Shown here in pieces: positions 1 through 7,619 of a DNA stretch of 64,000 nucleotides. This stretch comes from a virus (taxonomy: Duplodnaviria > Caudoviricetes). The DNA lies in IMG/VR virus record IMGVR_UViG_3300032327_001202, positions 18,828 through 82,827 of that record; one strand, written 5' to 3'. Position 1 is the stretch's first letter. The number at the start of each line of letters is the position of its first letter. The notes below the pieces were generated by a model, which saw only the letters and a program-made list of their open reading frames with translations, made no database searches and was not told the DNA's origin. A program made the translations under genes and the position numbers.

Positions 1-2
1 GG

Positions 3-818
3 ACATTTATCCATTATAAACTGATATAATTTACCATTATAAGTTAAATACCTATAAAACTGAACACCTTCATTATGATAATAGTTTTCATTTTGCATTA
101 ATATATTTAAAAATAAAGGCTGAGAATTACTTATATCTACTTCATATGTTTCTTCACTATCTAATAAAAGACAGTTTTTTCTAATAAAAGATTTTAATAC
201 AGTAAAATTAGTATGCATTCTACCAAATACATCAAAGTGATAAAATATCTGATTTTGATCAATACAATCAACACTATATTTATTTCTATTATAAATACTA
301 TCATCATTAAATGTATTATCCAAATAAAATATAGATTTAGCATAATCTACTTTAGCACTAAATAAATCTAATACTAATTTTTTCTTTATTTCAGTGGGTA
401 TAACAGTTTCTTTCGCTTTACTAATAAAGTTATTAATATTAAACTTCATGTTATATCTTTTTAAGATAATTTTATCATTATTGACATATCTTAAAATTTT
501 ACCTCTACATACTTTAGTATTAAACTCATAAACTCTACAGTTATGACCTTTTCTATAATTTAGAAGAAGTTTTAATACACCTGTTTCAACTAAGTATTTG
601 ATATAATAGTTATATAAATAACCATATCTTTCTTTTAAAATTTCTGCTGATAAGCTGATTTTATTATTTTTCTTATTAAAGTATTTTGCAATTAAAGAAT
701 GAACTAAATCAATTAGAAAAGCAGACTTTAGTTTTTTATTTTCATAGAAAAAGAAAGTTTCCCGAGAAATTTCTAAAAAATCACTCGGTAAATATTGTAG
801 GATATATTTTTTATACAT
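3..818 (-). CDS. Partial ORF (runs off the window start; missing from the ORF track), >=272 aa; possible PolA/T7-RNAP-superfamily-like protein
   Basis: Manual translation from ATG at 818: MYKKYILQYLPSDF...YHFDVFGRMHTNFTVLKSFIRKNCLLLDSEETYEVDISNSQPLFL..., open to the window edge. D-x-x-G-R-x-H and D-I-S-N-S-Q-P resemble polymerase palm motifs; the function call is tentative. Confidence 0.5.
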   Translation of the reverse strand, partial: MYKKYILQYLPSDFLEISRETFFFYENKKLKSAFLIDLVHSLIAKYFNKKNNKISLSAEILKERYGYLYNYYIKYLVETGVLKLLLNYRKGHNCRVYEFNTKVCRGKILRYVNNDKIILKRYNMKFNINNFISKAKETVIPTEIKKKLVLDLFSAKVDYAKSIFYLDNTFNDDSIYNRNKYSVDCIDQNQIFYHFDVFGRMHTNFTVLKSFIRKNCLLLDSEETYEVDISNSQPLFLNILMQNENYYHNEGVQFYRYLTYNGKLYQFIMDKC

Positions 819-825
819 TATGTAA

Positions 826-2148
826 TTAAATAGTATTTTTTTTACCATTTTCTGGTATATTACCTATATCCTTTTTATTTTTTTTAGTTTTATTTTTGCC
901 TGGGTTTTCTATCTCTGAATAAACATCAGGATAAACATCTCCCGTAAAATCTTTATCATATTGGATATCAAAATATTGACCAAAATCTAAAAGACCTTTT
1001 TTACCTAATTCTACTTCTGTTTTCTTTTTTAAGAAAAAATCTATTCTAGAATTTATTTCATCAATAAACTTATTGAATACATTTAACGTTTGGTTAGTAA
1101 ATATACCTATTACTTTATTTCTTTTCTTATTAAAAGAGCCTAAAATAACTTTAAAAATATATTCTAAACGTTTGTCTTGTTCAATATATTGTTTAGTTAA
1201 TTTATTATTTAATAACTCTGTATTAATTCTAAATTTATCCTTATCAAAGAATTTAGGAACTACAAAATCAAATTTTAATATATCATCCTTAACTTCTGTA
1301 ATATACATATTATATAACTTACTTATAAGATTTATATAAGAATCATCTTTTCTAATTCCCGAAAATTTAACATTGTTCAGATTAACACTTTGACAAAAGT
1401 TTAAGAAATTAACCAATATTAAAGTATATACCTCAACAAATTCTGTTGAGTTTGTTTCACTTATTTTCTTATATAAAGGATTTAATATTTGAAATGATAA
1501 TTGCTCATCATCTGTTTTTATAATCAACTTTTCTAAGTTCTTTTGATAATCACCATCCATTAAAAATGATGATTCTAAATTAGGATTTAATATCTTATAA
1601 AAAAAGAAACAAAATGACTTTTCTCCAAAAACATATTCCAAATCATCTGGACTTGTATTTAAGAAATACTTAATAGCTTCTATCATTTGTTGATTTAAAC
1701 ATCCGCTAAATATAATTGGTAACATATCACAGTCAAATAATCTAGCATACTCCTCTAATTCTTCTATATTAGAAGAATATTTACCATTTTTATTTATTGA
1801 TATAAGAACTAAATCATTTTTAGGGGTTCTACTATACTCTATATTAGCAGGTTGATTGTCAGGAAAATATTCAAAACAAAACCACCAATTTTTATTTAAT
1901 AAACCCTTAACTCTATCACTTAAACCATTAAGATAATTTAGAGCTTTATTGTAAAAATTTTGCATAGCCAAATCAATTATATTAATAGGTTCAGAACTAA
2001 GAGTTTTTAATTTTATATTAAATTCTCCATCATAATTTACCCATATTTGGCTACCTTGAACATCTTCGTATACTATTATATCTTTATTGAATAAATCATT
2101 TAATAATGAATCATCCTCTAAGTTATTTATTGTTATTAATTTTCCCAT
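826..2148 (-). CDS. Hypothetical protein; N-terminus resembles a degenerate RNA-ligase (Rnl2-like) adenylation domain
   Basis: 440-aa ORF; IIVYEDVQGS resembles ligase motif I (EKxDG) with Lys replaced; downstream FEYF and LPIIFSG segments fit motif spacing. Confidence 0.35.
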   Translation of the reverse strand: MGKLITINNLEDDSLLNDLFNKDIIVYEDVQGSQIWVNYDGEFNIKLKTLSSEPINIIDLAMQNFYNKALNYLNGLSDRVKGLLNKNWWFCFEYFPDNQPANIEYSRTPKNDLVLISINKNGKYSSNIEELEEYARLFDCDMLPIIFSGCLNQQMIEAIKYFLNTSPDDLEYVFGEKSFCFFFYKILNPNLESSFLMDGDYQKNLEKLIIKTDDEQLSFQILNPLYKKISETNSTEFVEVYTLILVNFLNFCQSVNLNNVKFSGIRKDDSYINLISKLYNMYITEVKDDILKFDFVVPKFFDKDKFRINTELLNNKLTKQYIEQDKRLEYIFKVILGSFNKKRNKVIGIFTNQTLNVFNKFIDEINSRIDFFLKKKTEVELGKKGLLDFGQYFDIQYDKDFTGDVYPDVYSEIENPGKNKTKKNKKDIGNIPENGKKNTI

Positions 2149-2242
2149 AATTAATATATATTATTTATATAATATAGTTTTTAAAAATTTTTTTTTGTTG
2201 AAAAATTTTTATATATTTGTATAAATAAAACAAAAAACAAAA

Positions 2243-3511
2243 ATGATAATCGAAAAAAATTTAGTGGAAATAATCCAAAATATTGATAGTCCTTTAAGTA
2301 AAACTTTTCTAAAATTAGAAAAGTTAAATCTTACTTCTATAGTACAACTATCAAATAAAGATTGGCATTTCCAAGTAGTAAACGGTAAGAAAAAAGAAAC
2401 CGTAAAAATGTTTAAATTTATCAATACTTATTTCCCAAATAAGTTTGAAAAAGATGAAGTTATTAGTTTTTGTGAAAAAATTATAACTAATTCTAAACCT
2501 AAACAAGTTACTACTAAAATAGAACCAAGACCATTTAAATATGAGCCTCTTAATGTAAGAGATACATTTATTTCATTAGTTACTGAAACTTATCCTCATG
2601 GATTTGAAGATGAAGTTTTAGCTTATCTTCCACAAGATCTAGAAATAGATGATTTTGGTAATTACTATAAAGTAATTGGTGATTCTGAAACAGTTTTTAC
2701 GAGTCATTTAGATACTGCTTTAAGAGAAAAATCTGATATTAATTTATATTCATTCTTTGTTAAAGAACAAGAGTTTATTAAAACAGATGAAACAACTATA
2801 TTAGGAGCTGATGATAAAGCCGGTGTTACTATCATGTTATATATGATGGCTAATAATGTTCCTGGTTTATACTATTTCTTCTTAGGTGAAGAAAGAGGGG
2901 GTATTGGATCTAAAAAGGTTGCTAATGATTTTATAGACAATCCACTTTTAAAAGGTAAAAAAAGAATGGTATCTTTTGATAGAAAGAATTATTATTCTAT
3001 CATAACATCACAATTAGGAGAAGCTTGTTGCTCAAATGAGTTTGCAGATGGATTATGTAATGAATTAAATAAAAATGGTTTGCATATGAAACCTGATGAT
3101 ACAGGTATCTTTACAGACTCTGCTAATTTTGTGGATTATATTCCTGAATGTACTAATATTTCTATTGGATATTTCAACGAGCACACTCATAAAGAGATTC
3201 AAAATATTTCTTATTTAGAAATATTGGCTAAGTGTTTAGTTGATGTAGATTGGGAAAACTTACCAACTGTTAGAAAGGCAGGTATTAGTGAACAATCTAT
3301 AATTAAACATGGTGACAAAATTAAGAAGTTAAGAAAGTTAGGTATTAAAAATACGCTTCATATTAAGGAGTTAAAGGGTAATTTATATACTATCTTAGAG
3401 GTAGATAATAAAAATCCTATGGGAATATATGAAGATTTATCTCTTTTAAGAGAAACTTTAGGAAGTATAGATTTAAGATTTTACAATTCAAATATTTTAA
3501 TAAAATTATAA
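2243..3511 (+). CDS. M28/M20-family zinc peptidase
   Basis: Metal-ligand motifs FTSHLDT, GADDKAG, GEERG, TDSA, GYFNEHT. Confidence 0.85.
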   Translation: MIIEKNLVEIIQNIDSPLSKTFLKLEKLNLTSIVQLSNKDWHFQVVNGKKKETVKMFKFINTYFPNKFEKDEVISFCEKIITNSKPKQVTTKIEPRPFKYEPLNVRDTFISLVTETYPHGFEDEVLAYLPQDLEIDDFGNYYKVIGDSETVFTSHLDTALREKSDINLYSFFVKEQEFIKTDETTILGADDKAGVTIMLYMMANNVPGLYYFFLGEERGGIGSKKVANDFIDNPLLKGKKRMVSFDRKNYYSIITSQLGEACCSNEFADGLCNELNKNGLHMKPDDTGIFTDSANFVDYIPECTNISIGYFNEHTHKEIQNISYLEILAKCLVDVDWENLPTVRKAGISEQSIIKHGDKIKKLRKLGIKNTLHIKELKGNLYTILEVDNKNPMGIYEDLSLLRETLGSIDLRFYNSNILIKL

Positions 3512-3768
3512 TGCAAGAGACAGTAGATAAAATGGTAGATTACTTAAATGAAAATTTTTCAGAGGAGTTCTACGTAGATTTTGAAGAAGATGAAAAAAAT
3601 AAAGTAGTCTTTATTCAGTTTTTGATGGATAAAGTTATTAGCATTGATAATGCTATAGATTTTTTTAGCAGAATCAATGATAGTAAAACTTTGTGTAAAA
3701 AACAAGAGTTTGAGTTATGGAAAACAAAGGAAGAAGAACCTATTATTCAAATAAGTTATATTATGTAA
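3511..3768 (+). CDS. Hypothetical protein
   Basis: 85-aa ORF translationally coupled to the peptidase (TAATG overlap). Confidence 0.7.
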   Translation: MQETVDKMVDYLNENFSEEFYVDFEEDEKNKVVFIQFLMDKVISIDNAIDFFSRINDSKTLCKKQEFELWKTKEEEPIIQISYIM

Positions 3769-3770
3769 TT

Positions 3771-3986
3771 ATGAGTACAATTAATGTAAAAATACAAACA
3801 AATAGAATTATTGGCGGTCTTAGAGATTGTATTAAATTATTTTTACAAGAAACTAAAGAAAAAGTATTAACTTTAGAAGTTTTAAAAAAATATAATTTTG
3901 AAGAAAAAGATTTATATGATATGAATCTAACTAAATCAAAAATAAGAGATTTTAAAATTAATAAAATATTAAAATTATGCCAGTAG
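3771..3986 (+). CDS. Small protein, RDxxI-motif family member 1
   Basis: Likely start ATG 3771 (just after the stop at 3768); C-terminus KKYNFEEKDLYDMNLTKSKIRDFKINKIL shared with the four downstream ORFs. Confidence 0.75.
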   Translation: MSTINVKIQTNRIIGGLRDCIKLFLQETKEKVLTLEVLKKYNFEEKDLYDMNLTKSKIRDFKINKILKLCQ

Positions 3987-4216
3987 TTTCATTAGATTTC
4001 GCAAGTTTATATCCTAGACCAATGGGTGATTTTTCTATGGGAGATGATTTTGATAAATCTACTAAGTATATATTAGATAGAAATAAAGATCATGATTATG
4101 TAGATCTTTTATTACTTGAAAAGTATGGGTTGGTAACAAGTAGTTTATTTGATTTTCCTTTTGTTCAAACAAAGGTAAGAGATTATGAGATAAATAAAAT
4201 ATTAGATAGTATATGA
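3977..4216 (+). CDS. Small protein: PolB motif A-like peptide (VVSLDFASLYP) plus RDxxI C-terminal domain
   Basis: N-terminus MPVVSLDFASLYP matches family-B polymerase DxxSLYP; C-terminus KVRDYEINKIL. Confidence 0.8.
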   Translation: MPVVSLDFASLYPRPMGDFSMGDDFDKSTKYILDRNKDHDYVDLLLLEKYGLVTSSLFDFPFVQTKVRDYEINKILDSI

Positions 4217-4467
4217 GTGATATAATCAGACAAGAACTTAAAAAAGTAATAAATAGTTTTTATGGAAGAAATCCCGATATAGAAACTGATTTTACTAAAT
4301 CTATAAAGTTTTTATTATCTAAATTGGATGTTAAGTTTTTAACATACGAGTTTGTAGAAAAGATAAAAGATAAATATGATATAGTATATACGGATTTGTC
4401 TGATTTTTCATTAGTTCAGATAAAGGTAAGGGATTATGAAATAAATAAAATCTTTAAAAGTATCTAA
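4213..4467 (+). CDS. Small protein: PolB motif B-like peptide (KKVINSFYG) plus RDxxI C-terminal domain
   Basis: QELKKVINSFYG matches family-B KxxxNSxYG; C-terminus KVRDYEINKIF. Confidence 0.75.
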   Translation: MSDIIRQELKKVINSFYGRNPDIETDFTKSIKFLLSKLDVKFLTYEFVEKIKDKYDIVYTDLSDFSLVQIKVRDYEINKIFKSI

Positions 4468-4497
4468 ACAAAAAAAATTATTTTTTTATCACTTTAT

Positions 4498-4791
4498 ATG
4501 AAAAGTAAAAGTGATTTAAAGATAAAATATGGTGATAACATCATAGACGAAATAGAAAATAAATTAGCAAAAGAAATATCTGATAGTATAAACAAGGATA
4601 TACTTAATAGTTTTAAGAAACCAAGTAAAATTTATCTACTTTCTTTAGTTGAAAATATTAATAATAAAGAAGGTGAGTTATTTATACTAATGGAAAAATA
4701 TGGTATTATAGAAAATGATTTATATAGCCTTGAAATTGTTAAATCAAAAATAAGAGAATATAATATAGATTTAATCTTAAAAAATAATTAA
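4498..4791 (+). CDS. Small protein: major-capsid-like helix plus RExxI C-terminal domain
   Basis: SDLKIKYGDNIIDEIENKLAKEISDSINKDIL aligns ungapped to this window's MCP segment EDIKANTGMDIVQKMESILVNELSQTISKQII; C-terminus KIREYNIDLIL. Confidence 0.75.
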   Translation: MKSKSDLKIKYGDNIIDEIENKLAKEISDSINKDILNSFKKPSKIYLLSLVENINNKEGELFILMEKYGIIENDLYSLEIVKSKIREYNIDLILKNN

Positions 4792-4807
4792 CTTTTTCAA
4801 AAATTTT

Positions 4808-5107
4808 TTGTATATTTGTATGGAAGAAAAAAATATAAATTATAAATCTTATATAGAGGAACAAATAAGTAAAAGTATTTCTTATTCTGATTATATATGT
4901 GATGAGTTAGATAAAACTATAGATTATGCTGATTACTTAAGTGATAAACTTGAAAGTGAAGTATTTTTAGTAAAATTACACACTGATATGAATTTATCAG
5001 ATATAATAGAAATGTATGATTTATCAGAAAAAGATCTTCATAAATTGAGTATAGTTAAGTTAAAAGTAAGAGATTATAAAATAAATTTATTACTAAAACA
5101 AGATTAA
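4808..5107 (+). CDS. Small protein: two scaffold-like 14-aa repeats plus RDxxI C-terminal domain
   Basis: KSISYSDYICDELDKTIDYADYLSDKLE vs protease/scaffold KSIKYSEYVAENLDKNIAYAEYIAENLD (14/28 identical by hand); C-terminus KVRDYKINLLL. Confidence 0.8.
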   Translation: MYICMEEKNINYKSYIEEQISKSISYSDYICDELDKTIDYADYLSDKLESEVFLVKLHTDMNLSDIIEMYDLSEKDLHKLSIVKLKVRDYKINLLLKQD

Positions 5108-5136
5108 AAAATATAATATATACATTACAAATACAT

Positions 5137-5495
5137 GGGGATGAAATGATTTAGATTCATGGAATTAATGGTAGAGATGCAAACATCGGATAATCCTAAC
5201 CCGATTAATAAATTGGATTAAAGTCTAAACGACAAAACAAATACAGTAGCAAGCCGTGAAGAATTAGTAGCCGCTCTACAAAACAACATCTTAAAGGTAA
5301 ACGAAGTAGCTTTTGCTTAATTGACAAAAACAAAAAGGTTTCCAAATAGTTAAAAATCTATTCAAAAATTTTCGGATTTGTTAGGGGTTCGTTAAAAACT
5401 AAATTAGTTTGTTATTTTATAAAAAAGTAACTACGTTTGTAAATGAGTTTCTATGATTAACCAGAGAAGACCCGAATTCGCCTTCGGCATCTCCA
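5137..5495 (+). ncRNA. ssrA: tmRNA (transfer-messenger RNA)
   Basis: 5' GGGGATG pairs with 3' CATCTCC(A), giving a 7-bp acceptor stem with the G3:U70 alanine determinant; T-arm GAC-CCGAA-TTCGCC-TTCGG; internal tag ORF 5225/5228-5320 ending ...VAFA*; terminator immediately downstream; CCA not encoded (CTA). Confidence 0.92.
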
Positions 5496-5500
5496 CTAAT

Positions 5501-5526
5501 AAATACCCCTTGATTGGGGTATTTTT
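5501..5526 (+). terminator. Rho-independent terminator after tmRNA
   Basis: AAATACCCC-TTGATT-GGGGTATTT followed by T-run. Confidence 0.8.
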
Positions 5527-5538
5527 AATTAAAATAAT

Positions 5539-5958
5539 ATGAATGATGATAACTTTGATAAATACCTAAAAATTAGTAATTTATCTTTAATAATTAAAAA
5601 AATAGGAGATAGAATAGATTTTATTGATAAAAATAAAATCTATGAAAATATAGATGGGTGTATTCGAGAATCTAATATAGATTTTATATTAGAACAACAA
5701 AAAGATTTTTATTTTCTTGATATAGAATACTTCAGAGGAAGAAACCCATTAAATAATAATTATTATCCTATAAATTATAAATTAATAGAAAGTGATATGA
5801 TTAAAATAAAAAAATTTAATCAATTATCAAAATCTAAAATAATTATTGTAGGAAACATTACTATACAAAAATTATATTATTCCGCAGACTTTATTGTAGA
5901 ATATATTGATTCTAAACCAAAAATTATTAAAAATAGATATTTTCCAATTTATGATTAA
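5539..5958 (+). CDS. Hypothetical protein with internal RExxI motif
   Basis: 139-aa ORF containing IRESNIDFILE; C-terminal SADFIVEY...KIIKNRY weakly recalls the DnaB/gp41 helicase C-terminus. Confidence 0.65.
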   Translation: MNDDNFDKYLKISNLSLIIKKIGDRIDFIDKNKIYENIDGCIRESNIDFILEQQKDFYFLDIEYFRGRNPLNNNYYPINYKLIESDMIKIKKFNQLSKSKIIIVGNITIQKLYYSADFIVEYIDSKPKIIKNRYFPIYD

Positions 5959-6277
5959 AGTAAGTTTAACCGCAAAAGAACAAATAATTAAATTAAAAAG
6001 TGAAGAACCTAATACAGGACAATACCTTAGAGTAGGGGTAAAGGGTGGAGGATGTAGTGGATTATCATACATCTTAGAATTTGATGATATATATGATAAA
6101 AAAATTGATGAACTTTTTGAAGATAATGATATAAAAATTATATGTGATAAAAGAAGTCTTCTTTATATATTTGGAACCGAACTAGTATTTTCAGGTGGTT
6201 TAAATGGTAAAGGATTCGAGTTTATCAATCCCAATGCAAGTAGAACTTGCTCTTGTGGAGAAAGTTTTTCAGTTTAA
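5951..6277 (+). CDS. iscA: HesB/IscA-family Fe-S cluster assembly accessory protein
   Basis: LRVGVKGGGCSGLSY and C-terminal CSCGESF; likely start MIKVS at 5951 rather than 5906. Confidence 0.95.
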   Translation: MIKVSLTAKEQIIKLKSEEPNTGQYLRVGVKGGGCSGLSYILEFDDIYDKKIDELFEDNDIKIICDKRSLLYIFGTELVFSGGLNGKGFEFINPNASRTCSCGESFSV

Positions 6278-6289
6278 AAAAATAATAAT

Positions 6290-6466
6290 ATGAACAAAGA
6301 TAAAATAGATTTATATAATTTTTTAGTAGATAACCCTTACTTTTCTAAGGAATATGTTATGGGAAAGATATTTAATTTTTCTTTTTCTGATATACAATAT
6401 ATCAATAATTTAGAACTAATGGAAAAAAGAAATAAAAAAATAGATGATTTATTAAATGAAGATTAG
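6290..6466 (+). CDS. 58-aa ORF (not in track): portal C-terminal-like peptide plus RNKKIDDLL
   Basis: Manual translation MNKDKIDLYNFLVDNPYFSKEYVMGKIFNFSFSDIQYINNLELMEKRNKKIDDLLNED*; PYFSKEYVMGKIFNFSFSDI aligns with portal PYFHVDFLVDKIMKLTPEEI. Confidence 0.75.
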   Translation: MNKDKIDLYNFLVDNPYFSKEYVMGKIFNFSFSDIQYINNLELMEKRNKKIDDLLNED

Positions 6467-6617
6467 TATTGATGAAATAATAACTTATGATATAGTAGCA
6501 TCTCCAGCACTTGGAAGTGCTAAACTAGTATATGATGAAGAGCTTAAACGAAAGAAAATATTAGAGGATATGGAGAGGAGAAATAAGATTTTAGATGAGT
6601 TATTAAAAGAGGATTAA
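6456..6617 (+). CDS. 53-aa ORF (not in track): prohead-protease-like peptide plus RNKILDELL
   Basis: Manual translation MKISIDEIITYDIVASPALGSAKLVYDEELKRKKILEDMERRNKILDELLKED*; TYDIVASPALGSA vs protease TYDIVADPGFASA (9/13 identical). Confidence 0.8.
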   Translation: MKISIDEIITYDIVASPALGSAKLVYDEELKRKKILEDMERRNKILDELLKED

Positions 6618-6638
6618 ATTAATTTAATCCTCTTTTTT
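6605..6638. terminator. Perfect 32-bp palindrome / bidirectional terminator
   Basis: AAAAGAGGATTAAATT-AATTTAATCCTCTTTT between convergent ORFs. Confidence 0.75.
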
Positions 6639-6641
6639 ATT

Positions 6642-6947
6642 TTAATATTCTTTTAAATCTGAGATTTCTAAATCATCTAATACAGATATTGCTTTATCTA
6701 ATCCACTTTTCCAATTAGGCCATTTTCTTCTATGCATTTCAACTGCTTCTTCTAAATCATGATATAAATCATCATTTCCAACTAAGTTATAATATTTATT
6801 TTTAAGTTTAGAAACTAATTGATATAAAACAGCATTATCAGTTTCATTTTTTAAGGCTTCAATTTCGGCTTTAAGTTCAGGAATAAACTCTTTTTTTAAT
6901 TGCCAATTACCTTCAAATAAATGAAGATATTTTAATTTTTTTTCCAT
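6642..6947 (-). CDS. Hypothetical protein with CTS-like leader
   Basis: 101-aa ORF starting MEKKLKYLHLFEG. Confidence 0.7.
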   Translation of the reverse strand: MEKKLKYLHLFEGNWQLKKEFIPELKAEIEALKNETDNAVLYQLVSKLKNKYYNLVGNDDLYHDLEEAVEMHRRKWPNWKSGLDKAISVLDDLEISDLKEY

Positions 6948-6949
6948 GT

Positions 6950-7618
6950 TTATTTTAATTTTTTATCAAGGATTTTAACTAATCCTTCCCCTATTGTAAA
7001 ATGTATATTTTTTAATACATCGCTTTTTATATTTAAAAAATCTTCTAAAAAAGTAAAGTTAAAATCATATTCATATTCTTCATCTATTTTTACTTTTTTA
7101 ATACTAAGTTTTAGTTCATAAGAATCATTTACACTAATAACAAAATCAAATTGTAAATCTTCACATTTTGTAATCTTAAACTTAGGCTCGTATATAACAT
7201 CAAATATAGTATAATCAGTTCTATTAACTGTTTTAAGATAATGATTTAAAAGTAATGCTGGTGTTTCAACAAAATCTGATAATAATTGTAAATCTTTTCC
7301 AAAATTATTTGATTTTATAATCTTCTTTAATTTATATTCTAATTCATTTATATCTTTAAACAATTCTTTATGATAAACACAATTTATATTATATAAGTAA
7401 GTAAAATAATTTTCTGTTATTTCAGTTTTTTCTAAATTTGTTTTAAATATAAATTTAGTATGTAAAACAAATGTTTCTTCTATTAATAAACTATGAATAG
7501 ATATAACTAAATTATAATAATCATCATGTTTTTCATATACATTTTTATATGTTAAAAAACGTCCTTCTGTAAAAACGGATTTAAATAGTTCCTCTATTTC
7601 AGATATTTTAATTGCCAT
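6950..7618 (-). CDS. Hypothetical protein
   Basis: 222-aa ORF co-oriented and closely spaced with neighbours. Confidence 0.75.
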   Translation of the reverse strand: MAIKISEIEELFKSVFTEGRFLTYKNVYEKHDDYYNLVISIHSLLIEETFVLHTKFIFKTNLEKTEITENYFTYLYNINCVYHKELFKDINELEYKLKKIIKSNNFGKDLQLLSDFVETPALLLNHYLKTVNRTDYTIFDVIYEPKFKITKCEDLQFDFVISVNDSYELKLSIKKVKIDEEYEYDFNFTFLEDFLNIKSDVLKNIHFTIGEGLVKILDKKLK

Positions 7619-7619
7619 A

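Noticed and set aside
1073-1339. Short opposite-strand or alternate-frame ORFs in the track (e.g. 1073, 2209, 5872, 9413, 13105, 16346, 16439, 22333, 22391, 22833, 26056, 26466, 27843, 35843, 36213, 37420, 39005, 40351, 42995, 43935, 44480, 44969, 45991, 46229, 46253, 46490, 56215, 61816)
   Set aside because: They lie within longer, motif-bearing genes and have the F/L/I-rich composition typical of shadow frames in AT-rich DNA.
3771-3860. Tail-sheath mimic in the N-terminus of the first cassette
   Set aside because: Similarity to the sheath C-terminal helix is too weak to support by eye.
3771-5107. Diversity-generating retroelement or integron as the source of the cassettes
   Set aside because: No reverse transcriptase, TR/VR pair, integrase or attC-like palindromes are visible in the window.
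5461-5498. Stand-alone tRNA
   Set aside because: Only a T-arm and acceptor 3' strand are present; they pair with 5137-5143 and belong to the tmRNA.
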